Source: Tubulanus polymorphus
Taxonomy: Eukaryota > Animalia > Nemertea
Length of the DNA: 64,000 nucleotides
Assembly: GCF_964204645.1 (NCBI RefSeq)
Contig: NC_134036.1
Location: 4,928,600 to 4,992,599, forward strand
Direction: 5' to 3'
Shown piece by piece: positions 1 to 12,203 of this stretch. The notes beneath the pieces are model-generated. The model was not told where the DNA came from and did not search any database. It saw nothing but the letters and a program-made list of their open reading frames with translations. Each line of letters opens with the position of its first letter. Position 1 is the first letter of the stretch. Both the position numbers and the translations under genes were made by a program.

Positions 1-2880
1 GGTTGGGTAAACATAGGTAAACAATGCTATCAAATACTGACAGATTGGAACAGACATCGAGGTCTTGATTCAAAAACTGCTACAGAGATGTGTCATAGCA
101 TCGGATCTGATATGGGCAAAATATTCCGTAACACAGAAAATGACATCTTAAATTTGATAAAATCATTTCAATATCAACATCAATATAGCTCTATACTAAC
201 GATGACTTCTTATGACACACTGCAAGTTATAAATCCAATAATCACCAGAGATGAAATTACTTATATTCAATCAATAAAATGGACAATGAAACAGTTTGAT
301 AACGCGACAGATACGGTGCATTCTGTTTTGTGTTCCTACAATGTAACTGATGAAGAGTTGGCTCTTATAAGCGGTTGTAAATCGTGGCAGTTTGAATGTA
401 GCGATCAAAGATGTATCAGCGACCATCGCGTATGTGATACCAGACACGACTGTCAACACGGTGAAGATGAAATGAGTTGTTCGCATATCAATTTACACAG
501 TCAGTTTCAATGCGATGATGGTCAGGTTATATCAATAAGTGGATTTTGTGATTTCATACAGGATTGTGTGGATGGTTCGGATGAGGAATCTTGTATTCAT
601 CCACCGTGTTTCTCTGAACAATTTCGCTGTGAAAGTGGTCAATGTATCAGTAGATCAAGTAGATGTGATGGAGTCACTGATTGTAAAGACGGATCAGATG
701 AAATGGGATGCACTACTGAAATGTGTCAGGGGTTCCTGTGTAACAGTGGAGACTGTATTAGTTCTCAGTTATATCGGGATGGTGTCGTGGATTGTAGTGG
801 AAGCCTCGAAGAAGATGAATTAGTAACAACTACTAATGTTATAGTGAATCCTACTGTTCAGTGCAATAATGAAAACTACTGCACAACTAATTTCACAAAT
901 CTCTGTACGGAATCAGATGAACAAAGATGTTCTTTCAATTCTCCTCACTGTTATTCAAGACGTCGCAGATGTATTCTAGAAAGAATGACAAATAGTTTCC
1001 TAGTTTGTAGAGATCTTGAGCACGTATTGAGATGTGAAGAATTTGAATGTCCAGCTGGTACTGTAAAATGTCCAGCATCGTACTGTATACCGATCAGACA
1101 GGTGTGCGATGGTCAATCAGATTGTTCTAATTCAGAAGATGAACAAAACTGCGAGACATTTTCTTGTCCAGGAATGTTTAAATGCGGTCAGGAAAATCGG
1201 TGTATTCCCCAATCTGAAGTTTGTGACGGTTTCGTCAACTGTAAACATACAAATGATGATGAGGCTTTCTGTAATGTCACGTGTCCTACTGGCTGTAGAT
1301 GTCAAGGTCATTTGATTGATTGTGCGAATGCTCGTTTAAAAGATGTAACTGATCTTTTCTCGACATCAAGTCGAGTTTTAATTCTATCGAATAACAGAAT
1401 CATTCTGAGCGAGTCGACGTTTTCTTCATTCGTTTATCTTCGAATGCTCAACATCTCCTTCAATGAATTGTCTCATATTTTACCGAACTCGTTCACAAAC
1501 CTGCATAATCTACATACATTAGATCTTATATACAACAACATAACATCATTATCCACAAACACATTCATCGGGTTGCATAATTTAAAAGAGTTATTGATAA
1601 CTGAAAATCCTATACGCCATTTAGACGACAATACCTTCCAAGATTTAATGTCATTACAAATTCTGAACCTTCAAGGGCTTTCAGTTTTGCTGCTTGTTAG
1701 AGATGTATTTAGAGGTTTATCTGCATTACAGTCGTTGGATATTAGCAGAAACAGAATCCATCATATTTCACGATATGCTTTTTCAGGATTGAATGAACTT
1801 AGAATTCTCGATATCACCAACAACTCTAAATTTATTTCGACAGAAAGAGGCGTTTTCGATAATCTAACATCATTAGTCTCGTTAACGTCTGATGCTTACA
1901 AATTTTGTTGCATGGCTCCGAATGTTGACCAGTGTCTTCCTGAAGTCGATGAATTTTCCTCCTGTTCTGATCTGATGGGTAACACAGTCCTCAGAGCTAT
2001 CATCTGGGTCATCGCTGCGTTCAGTCTCTTCGCAAACACGATTGTCATTTTATTTCGTCTTCGATCAATTCAACTTTCGTCCTCCGAAAAGCGTAACACA
2101 TCCTCCGATATCCTTATTATCAATATCGCAGCTTGTGATTTTTTGATGTCGATTTATTTGTTTTCGATCGCGGGTGCGGATTACGTTTTTAAAGGAGTTT
2201 ATTTCTTGAATTCTGAAACTTGGACGGACAGTTCATTGTGTAGTTTCGCTGGAGTTACGGTCACTATTTCTTGTGAAGGCTCGTTGACATTTCTATTCAT
2301 TCTTACACGTCATAGATTTTCAAATATCGTAAATCCATTTTCTGGAAGCCCGAATACTACACCGAGATATGTGTCGATTATTTGTGGCGTGTGTTGGCTT
2401 ACTATAAGTACAATCTCCATCACGCCGCTGTCTAAATTATCTTATTTCGGTATTAAATTCTACGGTACTACTGGAGTTTGTTTACCTATGAATTTAATTT
2501 CAATTGATGTCAACGGCTGGCAATATTCATTCGCTATTTTTGCCGTCTTCAACTCTGGTTTACTTGTTGCAATAATGGCGACTTATGCGCAAATGTACCG
2601 ACTCGTATCTGGAAGCAGGTCTGGTTCGGGTAGAATCGACCCTACCGAACTGGTTTTAGCGCGTAGGAGTTTGGTGATTAATCTTTGTAATTTATTTTGC
2701 TGGCTGCCGTTTATTATCGTTCAGTTTTGCGCGGTATTACGGGTAGAAATACCGAATCAGGTGGCGGCTTGGCTGGCGGTTCTTTTCTTACCGATCAACT
2801 CGTCCCTCAATCCCCTTCTTTACACAATACTGACCATCGATATGAAATCCATACGAGCAAAAACAAAACGCTTACGTTAA
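1..2880 (+). CDS. GRL101-like LDLa-LRR GPCR (type C2 LGR), tandem copy 1, partial last exon (5' part lies outside the window)
   Basis: Frame open from base 1 (GWVNIGKQCY...) to TAA 2878-2880. About 7 LDLa repeats (C..qF.C..g.Ci....CDg..DC.DgsDE), LRRNT, ~7 LRRs, hinge FCC..P...C.PEVDEFSSCSDLM, and a 7TM with NPLLY. Near-identical to 7651-10530. Confidence 0.93.
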   Translation, partial: GWVNIGKQCYQILTDWNRHRGLDSKTATEMCHSIGSDMGKIFRNTENDILNLIKSFQYQHQYSSILTMTSYDTLQVINPIITRDEITYIQSIKWTMKQFDNATDTVHSVLCSYNVTDEELALISGCKSWQFECSDQRCISDHRVCDTRHDCQHGEDEMSCSHINLHSQFQCDDGQVISISGFCDFIQDCVDGSDEESCIHPPCFSEQFRCESGQCISRSSRCDGVTDCKDGSDEMGCTTEMCQGFLCNSGDCISSQLYRDGVVDCSGSLEEDELVTTTNVIVNPTVQCNNENYCTTNFTNLCTESDEQRCSFNSPHCYSRRRRCILERMTNSFLVCRDLEHVLRCEEFECPAGTVKCPASYCIPIRQVCDGQSDCSNSEDEQNCETFSCPGMFKCGQENRCIPQSEVCDGFVNCKHTNDDEAFCNVTCPTGCRCQGHLIDCANARLKDVTDLFSTSSRVLILSNNRIILSESTFSSFVYLRMLNISFNELSHILPNSFTNLHNLHTLDLIYNNITSLSTNTFIGLHNLKELLITENPIRHLDDNTFQDLMSLQILNLQGLSVLLLVRDVFRGLSALQSLDISRNRIHHISRYAFSGLNELRILDITNNSKFISTERGVFDNLTSLVSLTSDAYKFCCMAPNVDQCLPEVDEFSSCSDLMGNTVLRAIIWVIAAFSLFANTIVILFRLRSIQLSSSEKRNTSSDILIINIAACDFLMSIYLFSIAGADYVFKGVYFLNSETWTDSSLCSFAGVTVTISCEGSLTFLFILTRHRFSNIVNPFSGSPNTTPRYVSIICGVCWLTISTISITPLSKLSYFGIKFYGTTGVCLPMNLISIDVNGWQYSFAIFAVFNSGLLVAIMATYAQMYRLVSGSRSGSGRIDPTELVLARRSLVINLCNLFCWLPFIIVQFCAVLRVEIPNQVAAWLAVLFLPINSSLNPLLYTILTIDMKSIRAKTKRLR

Positions 2881-4563
2881 TAAATGTTTTGAACGGTCTT
2901 AACGCATTGATCCGGCAAATACTATCGGGTTGTCCTATTTAAGCTCAAGAGTAGTTTTCATTTTGATTATTCGTTCATAAAGTTCACACATTTCACCCCA
3001 AATCATCCCCTCTCTGCAAGACGCGTTGGGAACTACAGAAAATATTGGAATTTTAAACATGATATTGATTTCTCAAAAACCTGAGCGAACGAAGTTATCA
3101 GAATATTTCTGAAATATAATCGGGCGTGGGTATTCACGACACGTGGAAATGATGGAACCGAAAATTTATTTAGAATTGGATAAGAAATGTGGTGCGAATA
3201 TCAAATTGCCCAAAATTACCGCGAGATGTTAAACCTTTAATTTTTTATTTTACCTGCTAATTCAGGTTCATGAAAATAAAAGATGAATTGACCTCGTAAA
3301 TACTCGGCGCATCATTAGAGTTGTCAAAATTCTAAGGCGTCACGTTTGAAACATATAGCTTAATCTTTTCTTTCATTTCTTAATATAAGATAGCGAATAT
3401 TTCGTTTTCTCTTTAAGATATCAATCGAATGCGGAATTTTAGTTAAAAAATAATGATTCTTTTAACAAAGCGCGAGGGAGTAGAGAAAAGATTTCTATAT
3501 CGCAAACACTTTCTTTTCGGATTCCTCACTTTGACCGTACGTACGAGTAACGTTAAGATAATAAATAGGTCAAGAGATTTTAGGGCGTTTTTTAACCAGT
3601 GTTGTTTATAAGTAACGGTAAATTTCATTTTTATAGGAAATCGATTTTTGCCCAGACTCCAGCTACCCACTCACCAGTCATCAACTGGTGGATCTGTCTT
3701 TCAATTACGAATAAATGTAAATACAGCCTACGAAGCATTTTACAGAACTAAATTGGATTGGAGAATGTTTACGCTGAAAGTTACCAATTACGTGTTTGGT
3801 CTAATGAAAACCCAGACGATATTGACATAACATCCAACTATGATATATCCTATCGATTTTCAATTACAAACACGAACCCGCTGTTTTATTCCCGGTATGT
3901 TCGATCTCTTTGTTTTATAACAAATTAATCTAATTATCCTAACATTAAACTAACCGAACGAACGAATAAGAAGGGCAATACATATTTCAAGATCGAAAAC
4001 TTCAAAACGCGGTTCGTGAATTCGCGAAAACGGCGCCTTAGTAACGCGTAAAGTAACGCGCTACGACTGGTTTTAACACACGCCAATCGCCAGATTTCAA
4101 AACTGTCAAAATCCTGATACCGTGCGATGTGTATAAACTGTCATATATATAAGATATTGAAAATGTCGGATTTTGTCGGACGGTCGAACGAAAAAATATA
4201 TTCGACTAGCTAATGAGATATTAATTTAAATAGAAAATATTTAAACGAACGACACGAAATAATTTGGGTATTTTTATGTATAATTGGACATGGATATTAA
4301 CAGCGCCTAAAGGAAACGTGTAACTGAAAATTGCTGCACAGATTGATGGTAATTACTGGAAAACTCGTTCGAAAGAAATGTCAACGTTTAAAAATATATT
4401 TGTACCCTGAATTTGCTGATTGCAGCAAATGAATAGTAGGAAATCTAAAATGCTCCATCATTTATGGATAGAACATGAAGATAGAAAGTAATGTGAAAAG
4501 GCGATCAGTGATTGAAATAACAACTTTTGAATCAGGAATGAATTCCAACGTTGTGTCGTGTTG

Positions 4564-7500
4564 ATGTTGTTCGGTATGGAGCAGCGACTGAGAGCGCTGT
4601 TTATAGCGTCGCTGATCGTCTGTCAAGTTCGCATCGCGCGCGTTGATCGCGCAGACTCTATCGAGGAATCGTCTGTGACGGTAAGTTCGTCTTGTAACAA
4701 CACGTGGTACCCGCTAGATTCTACGTCCAGTTACATCGTTTCGCCGAATTACCCGTCGTTAACGCGCGGCGTTGAATGTCGTTGGTTCATCAACAGTTCT
4801 TTGCTGGGAACTGTTCACGTCCAAGTTCACTACGATATCGAGCCGTCAATATTCTGTAGTGATAACTACCTTCTCGTCTACGAGTCTGATAACAGATTCT
4901 GCGGCGATGGAAAACATGAAATTCGCCAAAACAATTCGATCTCGTTGATTTTTAGGAATAACGTCGATGGTGCGCGAGGTAGTCGGGTTTATACCATATA
5001 TCGTTATGAACGAAATCATTTGTTAATTAGTCACGATTGCCCCAAATATCTCCGATTGAACGAAATACAAACATCAATAGGATACAGATATCAGATAAGC
5101 TACTTACTAACGTGCAAATTGTTTTTGGAATGGATCGGGATGCCAGATGATTTTGGCATGAACCTGACCTTAAGAAAGCTAAGTTTGAAAGTAAGCCCAG
5201 GTGCTGATCCAGCGACGACAGTTAAAATCTACGACGGATGGAACACCAGCAGTGAACCTATAGGTCTTATACGAGAACAAACCGGGCATCCACCGTCATC
5301 ATTTTATACTAAAACAGGCAAAGCCGTCATATCACTGCTATATCCTCGACTGTTTTTTGAAACACAGCTTCTAATTCAAATGTACCAAATATCGGATTGG
5401 AACGTCTCTAATCCGTTGATTCAGATCTCTAATAACGAATCGGGAGTGATCGTTCCCGATGAAAACAGTTTACACGTAATAACACGATCAAAACACTTAC
5501 ACTGCTGGTCTATCACAGTGCAGGTGTTACAGTACGTCGTCTTCAACTGGACACGTGATCTCGTCTCGTCCTGTGACGTCATCGGTGTATATAAACAAGA
5601 AGGGTTACGCGTTGTAGGAACTGCTATTTCACTCGGTAACAACTACCTGCAATCACTGAGTGTCAAATCTGAAGGCTTTCTCGACGTTTTGTGCGTTTTA
5701 AAAACAACGGTCGACGCGAATGTGAGATTTGAAATAAACTATAGGATGGAATCTCTTTCGATATATGATATAAAGGTCATAAACCAGGTAAATATTACCT
5801 GTGAAATTTTGTTATCCCGTATCGATACGACTTGAAATCATTTAAGAAAAAAACTGTCTGATATGCTTGTAATATTGGCCAACTCTAGGTACCGGTGAAC
5901 CGAATGTGGTTTATGACGCAAGACTCGCTTTTTCCAAAACGAAATAAAGCCTCGGTGAATTATCGCGTCACTACATACGAGTTCAAATGGAAAGTTGATA
6001 TCTATGAAGAGAATATGGAACTAACAGTTTTATCTGAGAACTGCGAGCGAGCTGGATTTTACATATTCGACGGTGGTAATTTCACGGCTAGACGATACGG
6101 TCCGTATTGTCCTCGTTCATGGCCATACGACCATAACGTCGTCAGTCTGATTACATCAGGTGGATCGGTTACTGTAGTAGGATACGCTTATAACTGGGAT
6201 GATCAGTTAACAGTCGGTAAGATATCATATCTCAGATTTCGTCCTACCGACTGTGACGGGTATGTTTTAAAGGATGAAGAACATCGGATCAATATGACGT
6301 CACACTGTCTCGTGATAACACCGGAAAATCGACGCCTTCCTTTGAGAAATATTTATATATTATCAGAACACGAATATCAAATTGACCGATGTTTTCAGGA
6401 TCATCTATCATTCGGTTCTTGTAGCTGGTATCTGAGATTGAGTAGTCAGGTTCTTAATAACGGTCTCGTATTGAACAGTGTGAAAATACGTGTGACGAAT
6501 GTATTCTGGTTGTATTCATTATTAGTTAAACTACGGCGTAAATGTCAACGATCGAAGGTAGTTGCAGGGGGTATTGACCAGACACCACTGAATGATAATT
6601 GCGGAATCATTCAGTCACCAAACTACCCGGGATCAGCAGGGCACACCAGGGAAGCATTAAGATATAGTTTTCTACATAAGAATTTTCAGCGAATTCGATA
6701 TTACAGATTTGTAATAAAATATACTGAAATAATACGATGTGAGAAAACAAAATCGTCAGACAAGGACCCGATTATGATAACGCAATCTATTACTGATACA
6801 GCTAGCGGTCAAACACATCTACACGAAAATAGAATATGTGACAATGACGCGATACCGGGACTTGTGTTTTATAGTTTAAGACATGAGAACCTCTACTTTC
6901 AGGTGAAAAATCACATACCCACATTTCAAATACAATACACATTTGAACAGTCGTTACCGGTAAAACAGTTTGAAAATGTCTGTAAATCGGGATTTCTAGA
7001 TTCGGGAATTTCATGCGTTAAATACATCAGAGATGAACGTCTGAATTGGAAGAATGCTGAATTGTACTGTAGACAGAAGTACGCGGGACATCTACTCAGT
7101 ATCAACTCACAACAGGAAATGATTTCTATTAAAAGATTATTCGCTACAAAGTTTCTTCTAAAGGCATATTCACAGAACGCGCTCATAATGATGATTGGAT
7201 TAAAACTGCAAGTAAGTCATAAAATAAGTCATATGAAACTTTGTATATAAGAATTTGGGATATCTTTAATCACGTGTTTGCAACTTAATTTTTCAGCAAG
7301 TTTCTGGTTATTACACGTGGACTGATGGAAAACCATTGAGCTACACAGAGTGGTATCAACCTACAAACAACGACACGATACCAGAAGTTATTCGAGGATT
7401 GATATCTCCTCTTAGAAAACAACCGATAAATGACGTCAATATGCCGTGTACGGCGATGATACTGAATAATCCACGAGGATCAGCGAACTGGGTTCGATTC

Positions 7501-10500
7501 CCCTGCGAAATCGAAGAGGTTCACACGAGTTTCATTTGCGAAACTGAAAGATTTGCCAACGAAAATGGAACAGCAACAATGTGGAATGTAACCAAAAACG
7601 ACACATTTCTATTTCAAAATACTGATTTCAACGATTCGAACTGTACGATTGGTTGGGTAAACATAGATAAACAATGCTATCAAATACTGACAGATTGGAA
7701 CAGATATCGAGGTCTTGATTCAAAAACTGCTACAGAGATGTGTCATAGCATCGGATCTGATATGGGCAAAATATTCCGTAACACAGAAAATGACATCTTA
7801 AATTTGATAAAATCATTTCAATATCAACATCAATATAGCTCTATACTAACGATGACTTCCAATGACAGACTGCAAGTTATACAGCCAATAATCACCAGAG
7901 ATGAAATTACTTATATTCAATCAGTTAAATGGACGATGAAACAGTTTGATAATGCAACAGATACAGCGCATTCTGTTTTGTGTTTATACAATGTAACTGA
8001 TGAAGAGTTAGCTTCTATAAGCGGTTGTAAATCGTGGCAGTTTGAATGTAACGATCAAAGATGTATAAGCGACCATCGCGTATGTGATACCAGACACGAC
8101 TGTCGACACGGTGAAGATGAACTCATTTGTACGGATGTCAATTTACACAGTCAGTTTCAATGCGATGATGGTCAGGTGATATCAATAAGTGGATTCTGTG
8201 ACTTCATACAGGATTGTCGGGATGGTTCGGATGAGGAATCTTGTATTCATCCCCCGTGTTTGTCTGTACAATTTCGCTGCACAAGTGGTCAATGTATCAG
8301 TAGGTCAAGTAGATGTGATGGAGTCACTGATTGTAAAGACGGATCAGATGAAATAGGATGCACCGCAGCAATGTGTCAGGGGTTTCTGTGTAAAAGTGGA
8401 GAGTGTATCAGTTCTCAGTTGTATCAGGATGGTGTCGTGGATTGTAGTGGAAGCCTTGAAGAAGATGAATTAGTAACAACTACTAATGTTACAGTGAATC
8501 CTACTGTTCAGTGCAATAATGAAAACTACTGCAAAACTAACTTTACAAATCTCTGTACGGAATCAGATGAACAAAGATGTTCTTTCAATTCTCCTCACTG
8601 TTATTCAAGACGTCACAGATGTATTCTAGAAAGAATGTCAAATGGTTTCCCAGTTTGTAGAAATCTTGAGCACGTACTGAGATGTGAAGAATTTGATTGT
8701 CCAGCTGGTACTGTAAAATGTCCAGCATCGTACTGTATACCGATCAGACAGGTGTGCGATGGTCAATCGGATTGTCCTAATTCAGAAGATGAACAAAACT
8801 GCGAGACATTTTCTTGTCCAGGAATGTTTAAATGTGGTCAGGAAAATCGGTGTATTCCCCAATCTGAAGTTTGTGACGGTTTCGTCAACTGTAAACATAC
8901 AAATGATGACGAGGCTTTCTGTAATGTCACGTGTAAGAAGGGCTGTAGATGTCAAGGTCATTTGATTGATTGTGCGTATGCTCGTTTAAAAGATGTAACT
9001 GATCTTTTCTCGACATCAAGTCGAGTTTTAATTCTATCGAATAACAGAATCATTCTGAGCGAGTCGACGTTTTCTTTATTCGTTTATCTTCGAATGCTTA
9101 ACATCTCTTCCAATGAATTGTCTCATATTTTACCGAACTCATTCAGAAACCTGCATAATTTACATACATTAGATCTTACATACAACAACATAACATCATT
9201 ATCTACAAATACATTCATCGGGTTGTATAATTTAAAAGAGTTATTGATAACTGAAAATCCTATACGCCATTTAGACGACAATACCTTCCAAGATTTAATG
9301 TCATTACAAATTCTGAACCTTCAAGGGCTTTCAGTTTTGCTACTTGGTAGAGATGTATTTAGAGGTTTATCTGCATTGCAGTCGTTGGATATTAGCAATA
9401 ACAGAATCCATCATATTTCACGATATGCTTTTTCAGGATTAAATGAACTTAGAATTCTCGATATCACCAATAACTCTAAATTTATTTTGACTGAGACAGG
9501 CGTTTTCGATAATCTAACATCATTAGTCTCGTTAACGTCTGATGCTTACAAATTTTGCTGCATGGCTCCGAATGTTGACCAGTGCCTTCCCGAAGCTGAT
9601 GAATTTTCCTCCTGTTCTGATCTGATGGGTAACACAGTCCTCAGAGCTATCGTCTGGGTGATCGCTTCATTTAGTTTCTTCGGGAACAGTATCGTCATTT
9701 TATTTCGTCTTCGATCAATTCGACTTTCATCCTCCGAGAAACGTAACACATCTTCTGACATCTTAATCATCAATATCGCGGCTTGTGATTTTCTCATGTC
9801 GATTTATTTGTTTTCGATTGCGGTGGCAGATTATATTTATAAAGGAGATTATTTCCTAAATTCTGAAACTTGGACGGACAGTTCATTGTGTAGTTTCGCC
9901 GGAGTCACGGTGACTATTTCTTGTGAAGGCTCATTGACGTTTCTATTTATTCTAACACGGCATAGATTCTCGAATATCGTTAATCCATTTTCTGGAAGCC
10001 CGATTACATCACCGAGATATGTGTCCATTATTTGTGGCGTGTGTTGGGTTATTATAAGTACAATCTCTATAATACCGCTGTCACAATTATCTTATTTCGG
10101 TATTAAATTCTACGGTACTACTGGAGTTTGTTTACCTATGAATTTAATATCAATTGATGTCAACGCCTGGCAATATTCATTCGCTATTTTTGCGGTATTC
10201 AACTCGTTCATACTCGCTACGATAATGACGACTTATGCGCAAATGTACAGACTCGTATCTGGAAGCAGGTCTGGTTCGGGTAGAATTGACCCTACCGAAC
10301 TGATTTTAGCGCGTAGAAGTTTAGTGATAAATCTTTGTAATTTATTTTGCTGGCTGCCGTTAATTATCGTTCAGTTTTGCGCGGTATTACGGGTAGAAAT
10401 ACCGAATCAGGTGGCGGCTTGGCTGGCGGTTCTTTTCTTACCGATCAACTCGTCCCTCAATCCCCTTCTTTACACAATACTGACTATCGATATGAAATCC

Positions 10501-10530
10501 ATACGAGCGAAAACAAAACGCTTACGTTAA
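4564..10530 (+). CDS. GRL101-like LGR copy 2, CUB-like/CTLD/LDLa/LRR/7TM, ~1926 aa, 3 coding exons
   Basis: Exons 4564-5787, 5889-7211, 7297-10530. Intron 1 CAG|GTAAAT...CTCTAG (101 bp) and intron 2 CAA|GTAAGT...TTTCAG (85 bp) are both phase 0 and join the three track ORFs in frame. The second splice completes a C-type lectin domain (IGLKLQ|QVSGYYTWTDGKPLSYTEW...CTAM...WVRFPC...FICE). Hydrophobic N-terminal leader; CUB motif SYIVSPNYP..C.W.I..C..NYL.VY..FCG. Exact start (ATG 4564 vs 4576, or an upstream exon via AG 4534-4535) is uncertain. Confidence 0.88.
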
Positions 10531-12203
10531 TAAATGTTTTAAACAGTCTAAACGCATTTATCCGGCAAATATTATCGGGTTGTCCTATTTAAGCTCAAGA
10601 GTAGTTTTCATTTTGATTATTCGTTCATAAAGTTCACACATTTCACCCAAAATCATGCCCTCTCTGCAAGACGCGTTGGAAACTATAGAAAATATTGGAA
10701 TTTTAAACATGATATTGATTTCTCAAAAACCTGAGCGAACGAAGTTATCAGAATATTTCTGAAATACAATCGGGCGTGGGTATTAACGACACGTGGAAAC
10801 GATGGAACCGAAAATTACTTTTGAATTGGATAAGAAATGTGGTGCGAATATGAAATTGTCCAAAATTACTGTGAGATGTTGAGCCTGTAATTTTTTATTT
10901 TACCTGCTAATTCGGGTTCATGAAAATAAAAGATGAATTGACCTCGTAAATACTCGGCGCATCATTAGAGTTGGTAAAATTCTAAGCCGTCATGTTTGAA
11001 ACATTTAACCAAATCTTTACTTTATATCTAATATAAGATAGCGAATATTTCGTTTCCTCTTGATCTCAATCGAATGCGAAATTTCGTTTTAAGAAAAAAA
11101 ATAATTCTTTTCACAATGCGCGGGAGAGTATAGAATAGATTTTTTATCGCAAACACTTTCGTTTTGGATTCCTCACTTTGACCGTACGTACCAGTAACGT
11201 TAAGATAATAAATAGGTCAAGAGATTTTAGGGCGTTTTTCAACCAGTGTTGTTTATAAGTAACGGTAAATTTCATTTTTATAGGAAATCGATTTTTGCCC
11301 AGACTCGAGCTACCCACTCGCCAGTCGTCAACTGGTGGATCTGTCGTTCAATTACGAATAAATGTTAATACAGCCTACAAAATATTTTACAGAACTGAAT
11401 TGGATTGGAGAATGTTTACGCTGAAAGTTATTTATTATGTGCTTTGGTATAATGAAAAACCCAGACGAATTAACATCCAACTATGATATATCCTATAGAT
11501 TTCCAATTACAAACACGAACCCGCTGTTTGATTCCCGGTATGTTCGATTTGTTGGTTTTATAACACATTGATCTAATTATCCTAACATTAAACTAACCGA
11601 ACGAACGAATAAGAAGGGTAATACATATTTCAAGATCGAAAACTTCAAAACGCGGTTCGCGAATTCGCGAAAACAGCGTCTTAGTAACGCGTAAAGTAAC
11701 GCGCTACGACTGGATTGAACACACGCCAGTCGCCGATTTTTAAAACGGTCAAAATCCTGAAACCATGCGATACGTATAAACTGCGATTCCAGTATTATTC
11801 ATAAAGTCGAATTTTGTCGGACGGTCGAGCGAAAATATATATTCGACTAGCTAATGAAATATTAATTTAAAAATAAAATAGGTAAACGAACGACACGAAA
11901 TAATTGGGATATTTTTATGTGTAATTGGACATGGATATTTTCCGCGCCTAAAGGAAATGTGAAACGTGAAAATTGCTGCACAGATTGATGGTAATTACTG
12001 GAGAACTCGTTCGAAAGAAATGTCAACGTTTGAAAATATGTTTTTATCCTGTATTTGATGATTGCAACAAATGATAAGTTAGAAATCTAAAATGCTCGAT
12101 CATTTATGGAGAAAATTTGAAGATAGAAAGTAATGCGAAAAGGCGATCACTGATTGAAAACAACTTTTGAATCAGGAATGAATTCCAACGTTGTGTCGTG
12201 TTG

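Noticed and set aside
4538-4566. uORF (MNSNVVSC*) whose TGA overlaps the LGR ATG
   Set aside because: Its conservation between copies is explained by recent duplication, and the true start/TSS is uncertain.
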